A DNA stretch of 64,000 nt, taken from positions 434,001-498,000 of the forward strand of contig JBNJNM010000015.1 of assembly GCA_052426225.1 (NCBI GenBank), read 5' to 3'. Below the pieces are notes generated by a model, which saw nothing but the letters and a program-made list of their open reading frames with translations, did no database searches and had not been told where the DNA came from. This document shows, in pieces, positions 13,701-25,268 of this stretch. Position numbers and translations under genes: made by a program. Every line of letters starts with the position of its first letter. Positions within the stretch are counted from its first letter, which is position 1. Source of the DNA: Zancudomyces culisetae HAW-14-8. Taxonomy: Eukaryota > Fungi > Kickxellomycota.

Positions 13701-16645
13701 GGAGTCCACGCATAGCACGGATGAGTATCCATGCACTGAATTTGTGTATGTTAGAATTACCAGACATATTCCGCAAGTTGTTACCAGCAATCCTGTCACG
13801 TCTGACACAGATATTTTCGGCAATATCGATGAATGTACATATTTTGGAATTTGTTTCGGCACTGGCACGTTATCCTGACTTGTGTGTCAATTTGGTTCCT
13901 GAAGAATACAAGATTTTATTGTTGGTGGCTCTTAACTATATCAAATATGCCAACACCAACGCAAACAAAACATTAAAGACGCCTTCGAATCTTAATGCTC
14001 CAATCAGCAGTAACAATGAAGTAAATAATAGTGAGATGTTTGAAGCTGGGCCAACCAAGCAGTATCATATATTGGATGTAGAAGCACTCAATAAAGAGCT
14101 TTGCATGACATGTTTTGATATCAGCGAATCATCTTCGTTTTTTATGGAAAACGATATAGTTAGCGATGAAGTTTCAGAGCATTATGTATTGGTCATGGCG
14201 ATCCAGGCCATAGATATTCTGTATATAATCAATCGACCCGAGTCCAAATTCCGACTGCTTGATCCTATGTTACGAGGACTGCTAGTTACCAACGACGACA
14301 AAAACACAATTAGTGAAATCAACCAAATATCTATAGACATGTTATTCCGCTATTTACCAATGGACAATGCACAGGTGGTTTCAGAAACACAAGATGTCAA
14401 CGAAGCTGATTTGGGCGAGACCAGCGACCACTGTTGGGCGCAGGGCTTTGGTGCTGTTGTTATAAGAGCACAGAAAAGTGGCCGTAAAGCTCAGATTATT
14501 TGCCATCGCCCAAGTGGAATTAGTTCGCGGGTAGTTGATTTGCCTACGCTGGCCAAATTGTATATGAACAGATCACACAACTTATCTTCCAAAGATTTTG
14601 ACGATGCTTGTAAACGGCTTGCTGGTGTTGACTATCCCCAACCTGCTGCGTATATTGCATCCAGCAGTGACTACTTACAACCTCCTTTGGCTGATGTTGA
14701 GATGCCTGCCGACTCGCTTAACCGGCTTCTTCATGGCGAATTTGTACCTATCCCTTCTCGCAACAAGGCCATTCATTTCCCCATCAAGATAAGTGCTTAC
14801 CCAAGCTTTGTTGATGATTTGATTAGTTCCTACCCTCGTTTTGTGAACATTGACCGTCCCATGCGTCTCAACATAACCTCGCCCCGTGTGCAGCGTACCT
14901 TAACTACACTAAGATACAGCCCTTCCATTGATACTCACAAAATCGGTGTTATTTATGTTGGTCCAAAACAGTCTTGTGAATCCGAAATTCTGCGCAACAC
15001 CCATGGCTCTGTTGCCTACTGGGCTTTCCTGCGCGGTCTTGGTACTGTTTCCCGCCTTAAAAATAACAAGGGTTATTATGGCGGCCTCGATACTACTGGA
15101 AAAAACCTCGATGGCAAATTCTGTATTACTTGGCGCGATACTGTTTCCCATATAGTCTTTCATGTTGCTTCCATCATGCCCAACCAAGGCGACGACTCGC
15201 ATCCTCAGATCCAAAAGAAGGCTCATGTCGGTAACGACTATGTCCATATTGTGTTTAGCGAAAGCAGTCGTTCTTACGATTTCAAAACCATTGACAGCCA
15301 ATTCAACTATGTCCAAATCCTGGTTACTCCCAGCGACATTTCTGTTCCCTCTACTTCCAAACCCGACGTTGAGTATCTATATTGGGTTCGCACCCAGACT
15401 TCCCCCAATCTTCCTCCAATTGGTCCCGTCATGCATCCCAAACTTGTCTCTCTTTCTGCTCTTCCTGGCCTTGTTCGTATTGCTGCTATCCATGCAAATA
15501 TTTTTGTTCAAGTCTATCTGGCTATCAAACGCCAAACTCCTGGTGAATATGTTAGTAATTGGCGCCAGCGTTTGCGTGTATACAAGCGTTTGCGAGATGG
15601 TGCTTTATCTTCTTCATTTTCTACTCCCACTTCTGTATCTACTCCTACCATTCCTCCTCCCTCAACCACTACTACTGCTTCTTCAACTATTTCTCCTTTG
15701 GATTCTATTTCTACTTTTAATCCCGAATCTTTCTCCACTACTTTTGCTCCTCTTGCTCCTTTTGCCTCTTCTTCTTCTTCGTCCTCCTCATTATCTCCTT
15801 CTCGCCTCTCTCCCCAAGCTTTGGACACCTATTCCATTTCCTCCACAATCCCTTCCACATCTTCCTTTTCCTCCACTCCCATCATTGATCTTGTCAAATC
15901 CACTCCTGCTTCTCCTATTTCCTTCCAAAATGATTCTTATTTCGCTCCAAAAAGTAATCAACATCCTCCCATTCAATCTCAATCCTCTATGTCTAGTGCT
16001 TCTTCTCTTCGTTTTTCTTCATTGAAATCCACTAGGAAACATCCTTCAATCTTGAAAAAGGATTCTCTACCTACAAATACAAATACAAATACAAATACAA
16101 GTACAAGTACAAATAGAAATAGAAATACAAACACAAACACGAGTGCTAGTTCAAATACAAATCTGAACATTCCGTCATTTACTTCTGATTCTTCTTCCAA
16201 ACAACGTTCGCTTTCTGCAAACACTCCATACAAATCTACTACTTTCAAATCCATTCATTCTAACAGCAATCACCACCACCGACAGCAATCTACTGACAAG
16301 ATTGCAAAACGACATTCTTCAAACAGTACGAAATCAGCTTTTACAGCTTCAACTTCACCCATACCACCATCGGATTTGCTATCACCTATTGCCGAGACCT
16401 CTATAGCACCAAAAAATAATGACGACTTTTTCCCATCATCAACAAACAACAACGACGATGATGACGATGACGATGACGACGAGAGTAATTCAGGATCTGG
16501 TTCAGGATCTGGTTCAGGATCTGGATTTGTATCTCCTATTGACTTGTTTTGTTTGGATGGTGTTGATCTTGATGATCCTTCAATAACTGCAGCTGAAATT
16601 ATTGATACCATATCTTTTAAATTAGGAATTGGTCCTAGCTGGTAA
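10775..16645 (+). CDS. TSC2: Tuberin (TSC2), Rap/Rheb-GAP domain protein; intronless, 1956 aa
   Basis: Tuberin-domain motif SIHALNLCMLELP..LLPAILSRLTQI..ILEFVSALA; Rap_GAP motifs THKIGVIYVG, GGLD, IVFHVASIMP and KKAHVGNDYVHIVF (Asn thumb); Ser-rich tail. Confidence 0.9.
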   Translation: MNIESRGDGANSNIEKHQRRSESRVEGQFTTKFRNIISEVRKITGHVQIERQEKEITEEASMNPSDDRDNNGENVEDINTSKLKIQENKRNEIDEKKEKKEEVRRKEQEIEVRDARELLQEIKQLSNREISIEKRMEAIEQTNEKVEEGLALGNAEVLWQAVSDLQPRLESGGKLYKAVLRLLVGIGVADIATQKLCGESKSRIGEIERKEIIGVLMRARTGEEVLCAVELLPWASNQGDLYEDNEVEIMNVIWQWVDLGYRMRVEDKGKGQERKLIGGEIGIERIIAIEKMKVERSEEDDESRSENEGEGEDESAETKIVYKGMEALGQLIEGSYAMLAEVEVRRVIIDLCEKGKEMFFSNSVDAVGYFNKLAELFKIITRHGLLGYVGLMRIAELVSLTGTKDGYEEITGEIVTNVFLTSYIHEAMECLEGILVRAHGEFGEAAVGMVEGIAEIAVYRINPVADKFYDFNNISTIILRLLFNCGEVIGKYQKDRWINERFFRTVLHYFRQLMAHSEISQLGLAHITLYYDILDRILQRGRNSPLVLNDLYHVLEATAEVYKATTDSKSGILMMQDKFKKVIINNLDMVGFPEQLVIDIFDVGFSYVSFDRIKIAVELYFLDKKRSVEVQRSVLKRIHRKIESDSSKLEVEEWGALVEAMVLTLPTQSDAEIVGILMKLASCIMTRDNPARFRLVVEVFKQLIETEESKVTNQMVEKEVGTCASLILVQVLRTRLSDNQLYKEADIEKAMKYRSKLTVELMTAMQKMAFNTKVAHEVRMPLVFGLLHLRSDRHRSIYFMDVNENSREKPMVRWQVFIKENDKKNENENKNKNDNENKNDKKGEGEGEYEDEGDEFDSSRYLEGMTALMFAEGSLELLIKVLYMLEQQLGNTHFFRGCSVAVQNLMFGLTAALDEGKLASKLVITESGGRLSSEQRISLYVCGYRLLTRLILYKKYIPTQKQYKIVQSFQNGLSKGSPRIARMSIHALNLCMLELPDIFRKLLPAILSRLTQIFSAISMNVHILEFVSALARYPDLCVNLVPEEYKILLLVALNYIKYANTNANKTLKTPSNLNAPISSNNEVNNSEMFEAGPTKQYHILDVEALNKELCMTCFDISESSSFFMENDIVSDEVSEHYVLVMAIQAIDILYIINRPESKFRLLDPMLRGLLVTNDDKNTISEINQISIDMLFRYLPMDNAQVVSETQDVNEADLGETSDHCWAQGFGAVVIRAQKSGRKAQIICHRPSGISSRVVDLPTLAKLYMNRSHNLSSKDFDDACKRLAGVDYPQPAAYIASSSDYLQPPLADVEMPADSLNRLLHGEFVPIPSRNKAIHFPIKISAYPSFVDDLISSYPRFVNIDRPMRLNITSPRVQRTLTTLRYSPSIDTHKIGVIYVGPKQSCESEILRNTHGSVAYWAFLRGLGTVSRLKNNKGYYGGLDTTGKNLDGKFCITWRDTVSHIVFHVASIMPNQGDDSHPQIQKKAHVGNDYVHIVFSESSRSYDFKTIDSQFNYVQILVTPSDISVPSTSKPDVEYLYWVRTQTSPNLPPIGPVMHPKLVSLSALPGLVRIAAIHANIFVQVYLAIKRQTPGEYVSNWRQRLRVYKRLRDGALSSSFSTPTSVSTPTIPPPSTTTTASSTISPLDSISTFNPESFSTTFAPLAPFASSSSSSSSLSPSRLSPQALDTYSISSTIPSTSSFSSTPIIDLVKSTPASPISFQNDSYFAPKSNQHPPIQSQSSMSSASSLRFSSLKSTRKHPSILKKDSLPTNTNTNTNTSTSTNRNRNTNTNTSASSNTNLNIPSFTSDSSSKQRSLSANTPYKSTTFKSIHSNSNHHHRQQSTDKIAKRHSSNSTKSAFTASTSPIPPSDLLSPIAETSIAPKNNDDFFPSSTNNNDDDDDDDDDESNSGSGSGSGSGSGFVSPIDLFCLDGVDLDDPSITAAEIIDTISFKLGIGPSW

Positions 16646-18077
16646 AAACATTGACATTTTGGAAATCTTTTGACATTTTAATTTTGGTATGACTTTTAAT
16701 TTAAAAGTTTAATAGCATCATTTAATACATTTCAAAAGTAACAGCAATAACAGCAATAAAAACTAGTGTCAAATTGATAGTTCAATCTTTGGTATTGTCA
16801 TTATTGCGAAAAAAATTAATTACATGATTATGAGAGTGAGAGTGAGAGTGAGAGTGATAATGCGAGTGCGAGTGGCAGTTTTTAAGATCATGATATTCAA
16901 AAATCAAAGGAATGGGAATAAGAGGGGTGGGGGTGCACTTTTTCTTATTTGTCCGTTATATTTTTTTACATTTTTATTTATTTACAATTTACAGTTAGCT
17001 TACATTTTATTATAATAAATACAAGGATACCCATATATCCAATCAAAATATATTAGGAAATTACCAATTTGTAATAGATGTTTTTGATTTAATCAAAGTC
17101 TCATCTTTTTAAAAGCGACAAGAAACAAGCACATACAATGTGTATTCAAACCATATCTTACCAGTATACACAGGTACACATAGCATCCTACACTCTTTTA
17201 TACCCTTTATCTTTATTAAAAAAAAATAAAAGTTTTTTGACACCATGATAATGATGAATAAAAAGACATTGTCAATTTCATAAACATCTAAAGAGAAAAT
17301 GCAAGACGGAACAATTTTTAGAACATCTAAAAACTATCAAGTTATTATTACCATTTCTATTACTATGTTACACCTTTTTTTTTTCCAACTATAGCTAAAA
17401 ATATGAAGAGGAGAGGGAGGAAGAGGAGCGTGATCAAGTAATAGTTCTCAAGGCTATTAAAATATCATGCAAAAACAAAAAAAACAAAAAAACAAAAAAG
17501 TTTGCTATTGTGTATTTTATTTTTCACATTGTATTTCGTATTGTCAATCAAAAGTAAAAGTTTAGTAAATTCTATTAAATGCCAAATTTTAATGCTAGTC
17601 ATTTTTCATTTTTTTAATATTTATATGTTTTTTTATTTTATTGTGGGTATAAAAAGTTTGAGGAGAATTAAAAAGAAAAAAGATGTCAAAGGTGCTCTTG
17701 ACGGGTTTGGGAAAAGTAGATATTATTGTAATCATGCCTTTTATTTATTTACAATTTAATGCAAAAAAAATTGCTTGTAACAATAGCAATAAATCCATAT
17801 TAAAATCGGTTTAATTCCTTCCTTTTGAGACTACTCATTTTTACGACATTTTTTCATTTCATGTTTTGAATAGTTTGAAAATTTAATGTTCTAGAGAAAA
17901 ATAATAAACAAAATATAATATTTATTAAATATACTAATAGGTTTATTTTGAAACCTTGATTAATTTAACCTACCCTCTTATTTTTCATTTTTATATAAAT
18001 TTTAAAAATTAAGACAAAGAAAAAGAAAAAGACAAAGAAAAAAAAGAAAAAGCTAGTATAATAATGTACACGCCAAA

Positions 18078-20597
18078 ATGAATCGATTTACGCACGAACA
18101 ATTTGTCAAATTGGTAGAACTGGGAGTCGGTCTAAAAGACATTCTACCAGGCCTGGAATTGGTACAAAATGAACTTTTGATCCCCGAATTAAAAGACATT
18201 ATCGACACACTTCGAGAAAAAAGCAATCAAGATTCCCACAATCATGCAAAATTTAGCCTTGAAGATAAAGGCCTAATTCTAAACTTTTTTGAAATCATTA
18301 AAAACCACGAAGAAGCCCTACAATCTCTAAACCGACAGGATTACATTTCCACGCAAAACGAGCAAGTGGCTATAGTACCAGAGTATAACCATTTGAATAT
18401 TGAAACTATAAATACCAACAATAGTAATAACAACAACAACAATAATAAAAATACTAATAATAAAAAGACCTTTGGGAGAGTGAGGACAAGTCCAAAATTA
18501 TTGGGCTTGAAAAATAAAAATTCAAAAAACAAAATTCGAAAAAGCTTCTTTGAAGTAAATGAACAAAGAGATACTACAACTAACAGTACAAATCATGAAA
18601 ACAACCAAATAGAAAATGTAGATTGGAATAACGACACAACAGGGCCTATGAAACATAGTAGTAGAAGGAGAAGAAAAACAGAGGGAGAAGGAGAGCGTAG
18701 CGTATTGGATATACAATACCTTAGCGAAAATGAGACCAAAAATCATCGAAAAGAAGAGGAACTAGACGAGTACGATAAGCAAAGAGTAATAGACAAACTG
18801 CTCGAGGAAAGGGATATACTAAGGAGACAAGTAGAGCGATTAAAGAATGAGTATAAAAGTAAGCAGCTTGAACACGATCTTGATAATGAGGAAAACAGTC
18901 AGCGACAGGAAGCCTTGATAAAACAAATGGAAAACGATAAAAGACAAATGCAGAGTTTAAAAGAAAGACTTGAGGAAACCAAAATTTCACAACAAGAACG
19001 TGATGAAATGGAAAAGGAAATCCAAGACTTGGCAGTCAAAGTCAGCAACAGTTTGGCACAACAACAAAAGTTAAAAGAACGATTAGAGTCCAAGAGCAAA
19101 GAATTGTATGAGTTGAAGAGACAGTACGATTGTATTGTTCATGAAAAAGAACAGTTAGAAGTGGAAACCAAAACCCGCCAACAAGCCAATGCAAGAGATG
19201 CTGGCAAGCTGCAAGACTTGTTAACTCGAGAAATTGGTGAAAAGAAAAGAGTAGTTGAACATACCACCAAGGAATTGGAAATCAGCAAACATGAACTTGA
19301 ACATTATAAACGTACTGTTGAGGAATTAACTGCTCAGCTAGAAGTTTTATCTCTTTCAAATAGTCCCCACAACAAATCCAGTGGTAATAGAAACAGTGTA
19401 AAAATCAACGACAATACCAACACCAACACCAACACCAACACCACCAACAACAAGAATAATAGTAACACTGAAAATACAAACAGAGAACCATGGTTACAAC
19501 AATTGTTGTTAAGATGTACTGATAAAGAATTCCGACTCATTCAACGAGCGTTTTTATATTGTGAAAAGATTGGTAACAACAAAAAGGCGATTTTGGAAAC
19601 TAAAACAGAACTTGAAAATTTAATACTTGAATATTACAACTCAAAAGAAACTACAGTTGCAGATACTCAAAACCAACTTGGAATAGATTTGGTTAATCAG
19701 TTGATGAGTAAAGGTAGCCAGCCTGTTCAAACTCTTGTTCAAGAAATTTACAATGACTTCTTACGCTCCAATAGTCTGAGTAATAGTGGTCAACTTGTCA
19801 AAACATCAAAAATAAAAACCGAACCTGATTCTGATTCTGATTCTGATGTTGCAAAAAGCAGTCCCAATACAGCACAAAATATTGACAGCTTTGGTATAAA
19901 ATACCTTCTTATCGGTTTGGTTGTATTGATTTTGGGTATTTTAACCACTGCATTTCTGAATAGTTACCAAGGTGGATCTGCTAACAATATATTTACTACT
20001 GGTGGATTGGTTAGTGACTATCTTGTTAGACGTCAAGATAAAAAACTCAACAACAACAACAACAATAGAAACAACAATGGTGATAATAGTGAATCTGAAA
20101 ACAATAACAAAAATGAAAACTCAAACTCAAATTCAAATTCAAAACCAATTTCTAACTCTCAAAGTAATCGTGAAAACAACAGAAATCGTATAAACGATGA
20201 ACCAAATCTTTTGGTATCTATGGACAAAGTCGAAAGTAATTCATTTTACATTACGTCTGTAAAAGAACTTTCTCGTTTGCAACACCAAAACTATCCAACT
20301 TTACTATACATGAACGAGTATGGTGGCGATAATGATGACCAACCTACTTTTTATGATTCTTCTGATGACGATTTATTCATTCAAAACCAAAGCCAAAACC
20401 ATAGCCAAAATCAGAATCAGAATGAACATCAAAATGAACATCAAAATGAGCATCAAAATCAAAATCAAAATCAAAACATTAACACTATTACTAATGCCAA
20501 AGTAAAAGATCAAAATAACTCTCTTTATCCTCAAGCTTTACTGTATTGGCTTGAAGCACTAGTTTGGAATGGTGAAAATCCAATTATTCCAAGTTGA
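18078..20597 (+). CDS. Coiled-coil single-pass membrane protein with possible KASH-like C-terminus (839 aa)
   Basis: Long ORF; central heptad-rich E/K/Q/L coil; one TM (FGIKYLLIGLVVLILGILTTAFL, ~19890-19958); ends LYWLEALVWNGENPIIPS*. Confidence 0.7.
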   Translation: MNRFTHEQFVKLVELGVGLKDILPGLELVQNELLIPELKDIIDTLREKSNQDSHNHAKFSLEDKGLILNFFEIIKNHEEALQSLNRQDYISTQNEQVAIVPEYNHLNIETINTNNSNNNNNNNKNTNNKKTFGRVRTSPKLLGLKNKNSKNKIRKSFFEVNEQRDTTTNSTNHENNQIENVDWNNDTTGPMKHSSRRRRKTEGEGERSVLDIQYLSENETKNHRKEEELDEYDKQRVIDKLLEERDILRRQVERLKNEYKSKQLEHDLDNEENSQRQEALIKQMENDKRQMQSLKERLEETKISQQERDEMEKEIQDLAVKVSNSLAQQQKLKERLESKSKELYELKRQYDCIVHEKEQLEVETKTRQQANARDAGKLQDLLTREIGEKKRVVEHTTKELEISKHELEHYKRTVEELTAQLEVLSLSNSPHNKSSGNRNSVKINDNTNTNTNTNTTNNKNNSNTENTNREPWLQQLLLRCTDKEFRLIQRAFLYCEKIGNNKKAILETKTELENLILEYYNSKETTVADTQNQLGIDLVNQLMSKGSQPVQTLVQEIYNDFLRSNSLSNSGQLVKTSKIKTEPDSDSDSDVAKSSPNTAQNIDSFGIKYLLIGLVVLILGILTTAFLNSYQGGSANNIFTTGGLVSDYLVRRQDKKLNNNNNNRNNNGDNSESENNNKNENSNSNSNSKPISNSQSNRENNRNRINDEPNLLVSMDKVESNSFYITSVKELSRLQHQNYPTLLYMNEYGGDNDDQPTFYDSSDDDLFIQNQSQNHSQNQNQNEHQNEHQNEHQNQNQNQNINTITNAKVKDQNNSLYPQALLYWLEALVWNGENPIIPS

Positions 20598-20718
20598 TCT
20601 TTGCTCTCTTCCACCTCCCCACATTTCTTTATATAGTTTTTATTGCTTGTTCTGTTATTATTTCTCCTTTTAATTTTTTTTTCCTCCTACTTCCTAACTT
20701 CATGTTATTGTTTGTTTA

Positions 20719-23700
20719 TTACTGGATATACAAATCTTCAACCAACAGATCGTATTCTTCATCAATAAATTCTTGGGAATCTTGTACTGATATCAACCGA
20801 TCGCTTTCGGCTTCACTTGAAAGATTGATTTGACTAAAACTTCCAGTATAACTCTCCACACTGTTTCGCCTATCACTACCCTGTTCACCAAGTACCGCCT
20901 CGGCATTTTCCCTTTCCCTTTCCCTTTCTTTTTCCCTTTCTTTTTCTTTTTCTTTTTCTTGACTCTTTTTGGTTATTTGTGTTTGTAATGACGATGTTGG
21001 TGTCAATTTGACCTGTTTTTGTTTAATTTCCTCCAAACTGCCTATCAGCAAATTAAAAGATAGTGGTAAATATTCGTCAAAAAACAACTCCAGTATTGGT
21101 ATACTTAGAATCGCCAACCGGAACTCGGCTGGACTAAACAAATTCATTTTCTCCATTTTCTCCGGTTTCTTTTGTACCACCATCGTGGTTGACGCCTCTT
21201 CGTCGATTTCTGTCGTTTCTGGTTTAGACTTGTTATTTACCAAAAATTTCAGTAATTCAGATACTCCCAATAGCATTTCTTCCTCCAATCGTTGACTATC
21301 CTCAACATCAACATTGACATACCCTTCATCAAGTGTTTCCTTTTCTTTACTTTTTCTCTTGTCTTTTTCTTTTTCTTTTTCTTTCTCCTTCTCTTGTTCT
21401 TTTACCTTTCCATTTGTACCTCCTGATGGCTTAAAACATGATTTACTCATATACAACAATCCCTCCGCCAAGCTAAACAATGCCTGGCTAGTAATCATCC
21501 TTCTGCTATTATTGTTATTATCACCAACACCTGTAGCTCCCCCCATTTTGCTTTTATTCTCAGACTCGCTCTCACCTTGATAATATATAGAAAACATTGT
21601 GTCAATTCTTTCCATTATATCTGATGTAATCAATTTTCCTAATCCTATTACTACCTGTTGGAGATTCACACGTAAATCGTAAATTGATCGGTTCTTACTA
21701 AGTTGTTCCAACTTGGACGGATTAGTTTGTGCTGGTGACAATATTGTCTTTGCCTCTTTTTCTTTTTCTTTTTCTTTTTCTGTTTCTTTCTCCTTTACTT
21801 TTTCTTTACTAATACCCTCAATTTTGCTAGAATTAGCCTCTACACTATTCTCACCACCACGTTCATTATCATCAATATGCTCGGTATCATCCAACTCAAA
21901 ATTATTACCAACAATAATTTGTTCTTCCTCATTTGGCTTTTCTTGATTACTTTCAACCCTTGAAATATCACTATTCTTGCTATTGTTATTGTTTTTGTTA
22001 CAGGTAGAACCATACATCATACTACTATTGGTCGGTTTTGGTATCGAGCTCATAAATCTAAACAGCTTTCCAACTATCCAATTTTCATTTTCAATAAGTG
22101 ATTGAATTTTATTTCTTTTCAACGTTGCTGGTGAAGGTTTTGTAGAGATCATTGGTACTTTTTTGGGTTTAATATTTTTATTATCCAGCCCCAATTTATC
22201 ATCGCCAACAACACCATTATTAGCTTTATGAGCTGAACCCGCAACCGGAACCGGAATCGTACTTGTACTCGTACCTGGGGTATATGATGGTGAGGATCTC
22301 GACATATTAGAAGTTTTTCCAGACGTAATATCCACCTTTGCCCAATCAGCTATCAATCCCATAAACTGAACAAATCCATAAATACTCAGAGTAATAGTAT
22401 CTCTCTTGTTGAAATGTTCGCTGGACAACGCCTTGAGTTTGCTTTGCTGGTTCGCAGTAGAGATGGAGGATGAAGCGCTATTCGTATAGTGTTGCTCTTC
22501 ATAGTATAATGCTTCGTAAAAGTTTTGATAAATAAGGCTCAATTGATCTTTGGTAAAGTTTCTAGTATCCGCTAGGTTTCTAATAGCCATCCTCCTGGTG
22601 TAATCCTCTACTGTATGAACTACTTGCAGTTGCATACTTTGTCTCATCTCATAAATCATTTCCTGGGTTATGTATCCGTACTCCTTAATAGCTACAAACA
22701 ACAACTCGTGAAACTTTGTTACTTGTTTTGCCTTTTTATGGGCTGTATTTGGATACGCCTGCTTTCCCAGATTGGCAAAATAATCTTTAAAAACATACAT
22801 AAATGCGCCATCGTCATATACATCCAGAATTTTCTTATTGTTGACCTTTAACACAGCCAACGATAACTGGAAAATCACACAAGGTCCATACATAAAGAAC
22901 AGGTCCAACACGCGTACACAATACGCAAGTGGCATGGCGTTTAGGAAAAGTGAAAGAAGCCAAGATAGGCACGTCGCTGGAAGCTGGATATCATATTTCG
23001 TCAAATGAGCCGCTTGCTCGGGAAAAGCTTTCTCGTATAGCTTTTGTAAAACTTCCATATCCACCAACGCACCATACATTGATGGAGTGTAATATCCTTT
23101 CAAAAGTCGCTCACAGATAGCAGAGATAGCCCAAAAGGCCTGTTCTTCGGTCATGTATATCAAAAGCACCGACACCAAAATATTCATCGCTTGGCAGTAC
23201 CCAAGCTCTGGGTTTCTCCACGAGTACGCTGTAAGCACTTTTCGAAGCGAGGTAATTCCCTCTTCCTGCTGGAATGCCCCATATTCTGGTAATGATCTCT
23301 GCAAATCCTTTTCTATCTCATCTGCAAATGCACTGTTTTGTCCTTTGTACTTTTCTACAATCTTTGCATACTCGCCCTGGTGATGGAACCGTAGATACAT
23401 AGACCCCGAACACACCTCCCACACCTCTCCTCGGATTCGATTCGCTGGTCCTACCATCACCATTTTTTGGAAATCCGCCTGCCTCACTATCGTAAGATTT
23501 CTACCCTTGATCCGCATATATTCTTTCCATATCCGCTGCTTCAACTGCTCTTGGTTTCTCTTTGCCTCGCTGGGATATCCATATTTGCGCCCAAACCCTT
23601 GCCCTGCATCTTCATTGCCATCATCATCATCATCACCATTGCCATTGCTACCCAGTGCCTCACCCTCTTTTCCCTCCTTTAGCCTTTCTTGTCTTCGTCT

Positions 23701-25268
23701 CTCCTCTTTCATCATTTTCTCACTTTCGCTTTTCAACAGAAATGCCCGTAAAGATAGTGGATAATCTCCATCATGCTTGCGTGACTCCGCTTGCACTCTT
23801 GCCGCCTCCTCAATCTGTCTTTTTAACGCTTTACACCAATTATCACATAACGCCATTTCCGTCCCTACCTCAAACCGGTGTTCCATTTTGTGCCATACCC
23901 TCACAACAATCTCATATACATTTTTGTTTTGATTATTTTTCTTCACAAATCGCTCTATTCTTTGGACAGCTGCCAGTGGCAGTACCAATGTACATCCTCG
24001 ATAATCCCTTGATAGATATGTCAGGTAACGTGTAGATAGCTGCAGCTCACCTCTATATGTTTCCACCTGTTCTTCCAGCTCTAGCTTAACATTCTGAAGC
24101 GTTCCTATCAACACCTCTCCCTCTGGAAGTCTAAACTTTGAAATAAACTCTTCGTTTTGCTTTTGTCGTACTATTCCTTTAACCGATGTTGTCTGCCTAT
24201 CCATTCTCTCGCCTCTCTCTGAATCTGGCGCTCTTTCTTTTGTACCACTGTTACTATCCTCTTCCACCACACCTAAAACCATATTGTCTCCATGACTTGA
24301 AGCAGTAACTTCGGATTTCTCCAGTACTCGCCTACCAACATTTGCTGTGAGCTGCATCAATATATCATATACTTCATCCCGATTAAACATATTTGTAAAT
24401 TTGTGCTCCACACCCTGTGTAGTTTGTATTCGAATACCATCATCACTTGACCCTCCTTTTGTCCTCGACTTCTCCAGGTTTTTTATACTCTTCAGCTCGA
24501 TCGCTATTTTCGTCTCTGACCCAAACAAAAACGAGTAGAAACATACATAATTTTCACTAATATACATCCATCCCTGGTGTGTTAGTAGCCCTTTATCATA
24601 CCCGCACGCATAGTACGATATTAGCCTTTCCTGTTTTCCCTCTGGAAATATTTGTCGAAACGCTTGAATCGCTGCTCGCATTTTTCTATCCCCTCTAGCT
24701 CCACCGTTCTCCTCATCCTCCATCATCACCAAAAACCGCACCTTTGTCAAAACAAAGGAAATCCGATCTTTGGGATTTTCCAGTGCTCCTAACGGCTCTG
24801 CCAGATTTTCTACATTTCCATTTCATAATAAATTTACAGAAACTAGCTACCTCCTGTCGTTTTATTTTTTCATACTTGTATTTTAAAATAATATCAAATC
24901 ATTACCCTCAATCCATTTCCAATCCTGTTCTACTTCCTCCCTGTCTTCGCCGCAACATATTACGATATATCTATCCAATGTTTCTATCGGTTTAAACACT
25001 ATCCTGTACGGTGGTGGTTTTGTTTCTATTCTGTGTGTTTGTTGTATATGTTTTATTCCAATATCAGTGCTATCATAACTATATACAACACAATATATTA
25101 AAGGACTTGGGGTTGGGCTTGTTTCACTTACACACTCTGAATTGTTGCTAAAAATGTCTTAAATATATGTTTGCTAACTGATACCGATTCTTGCATCAAA
25201 AAGAATTTGGACTCTTGCGTTACATTCCAAAAAGTGCTCACCTCCGCTGTCATTGGAAGTGTAAACAT
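20719..25268 (-). CDS. Rab GTPase-activating protein, TBC1D8/9 / Gyp2(Mdr1)-like, with 2 GRAM domains + TBC; 3 exons
   Basis: Exon 1 25268-25132 (MFTLPMTAEVSTFW..FFLMQ), exon 2 25030-~24906 (KPPPYRIVF..DWKWIE), then the large exon; GRAM motif QGWMYISENYVCFYS; TBC motifs EIEKDLQRS and GYCQAMN. Confidence 0.9.

Noticed and set aside
15162-16025. 287-aa Leu-rich alternative-frame ORF inside TSC2
   Set aside because: Produced by TCT/CCT/CTT-rich, stop-poor sequence in the Ser-rich tail
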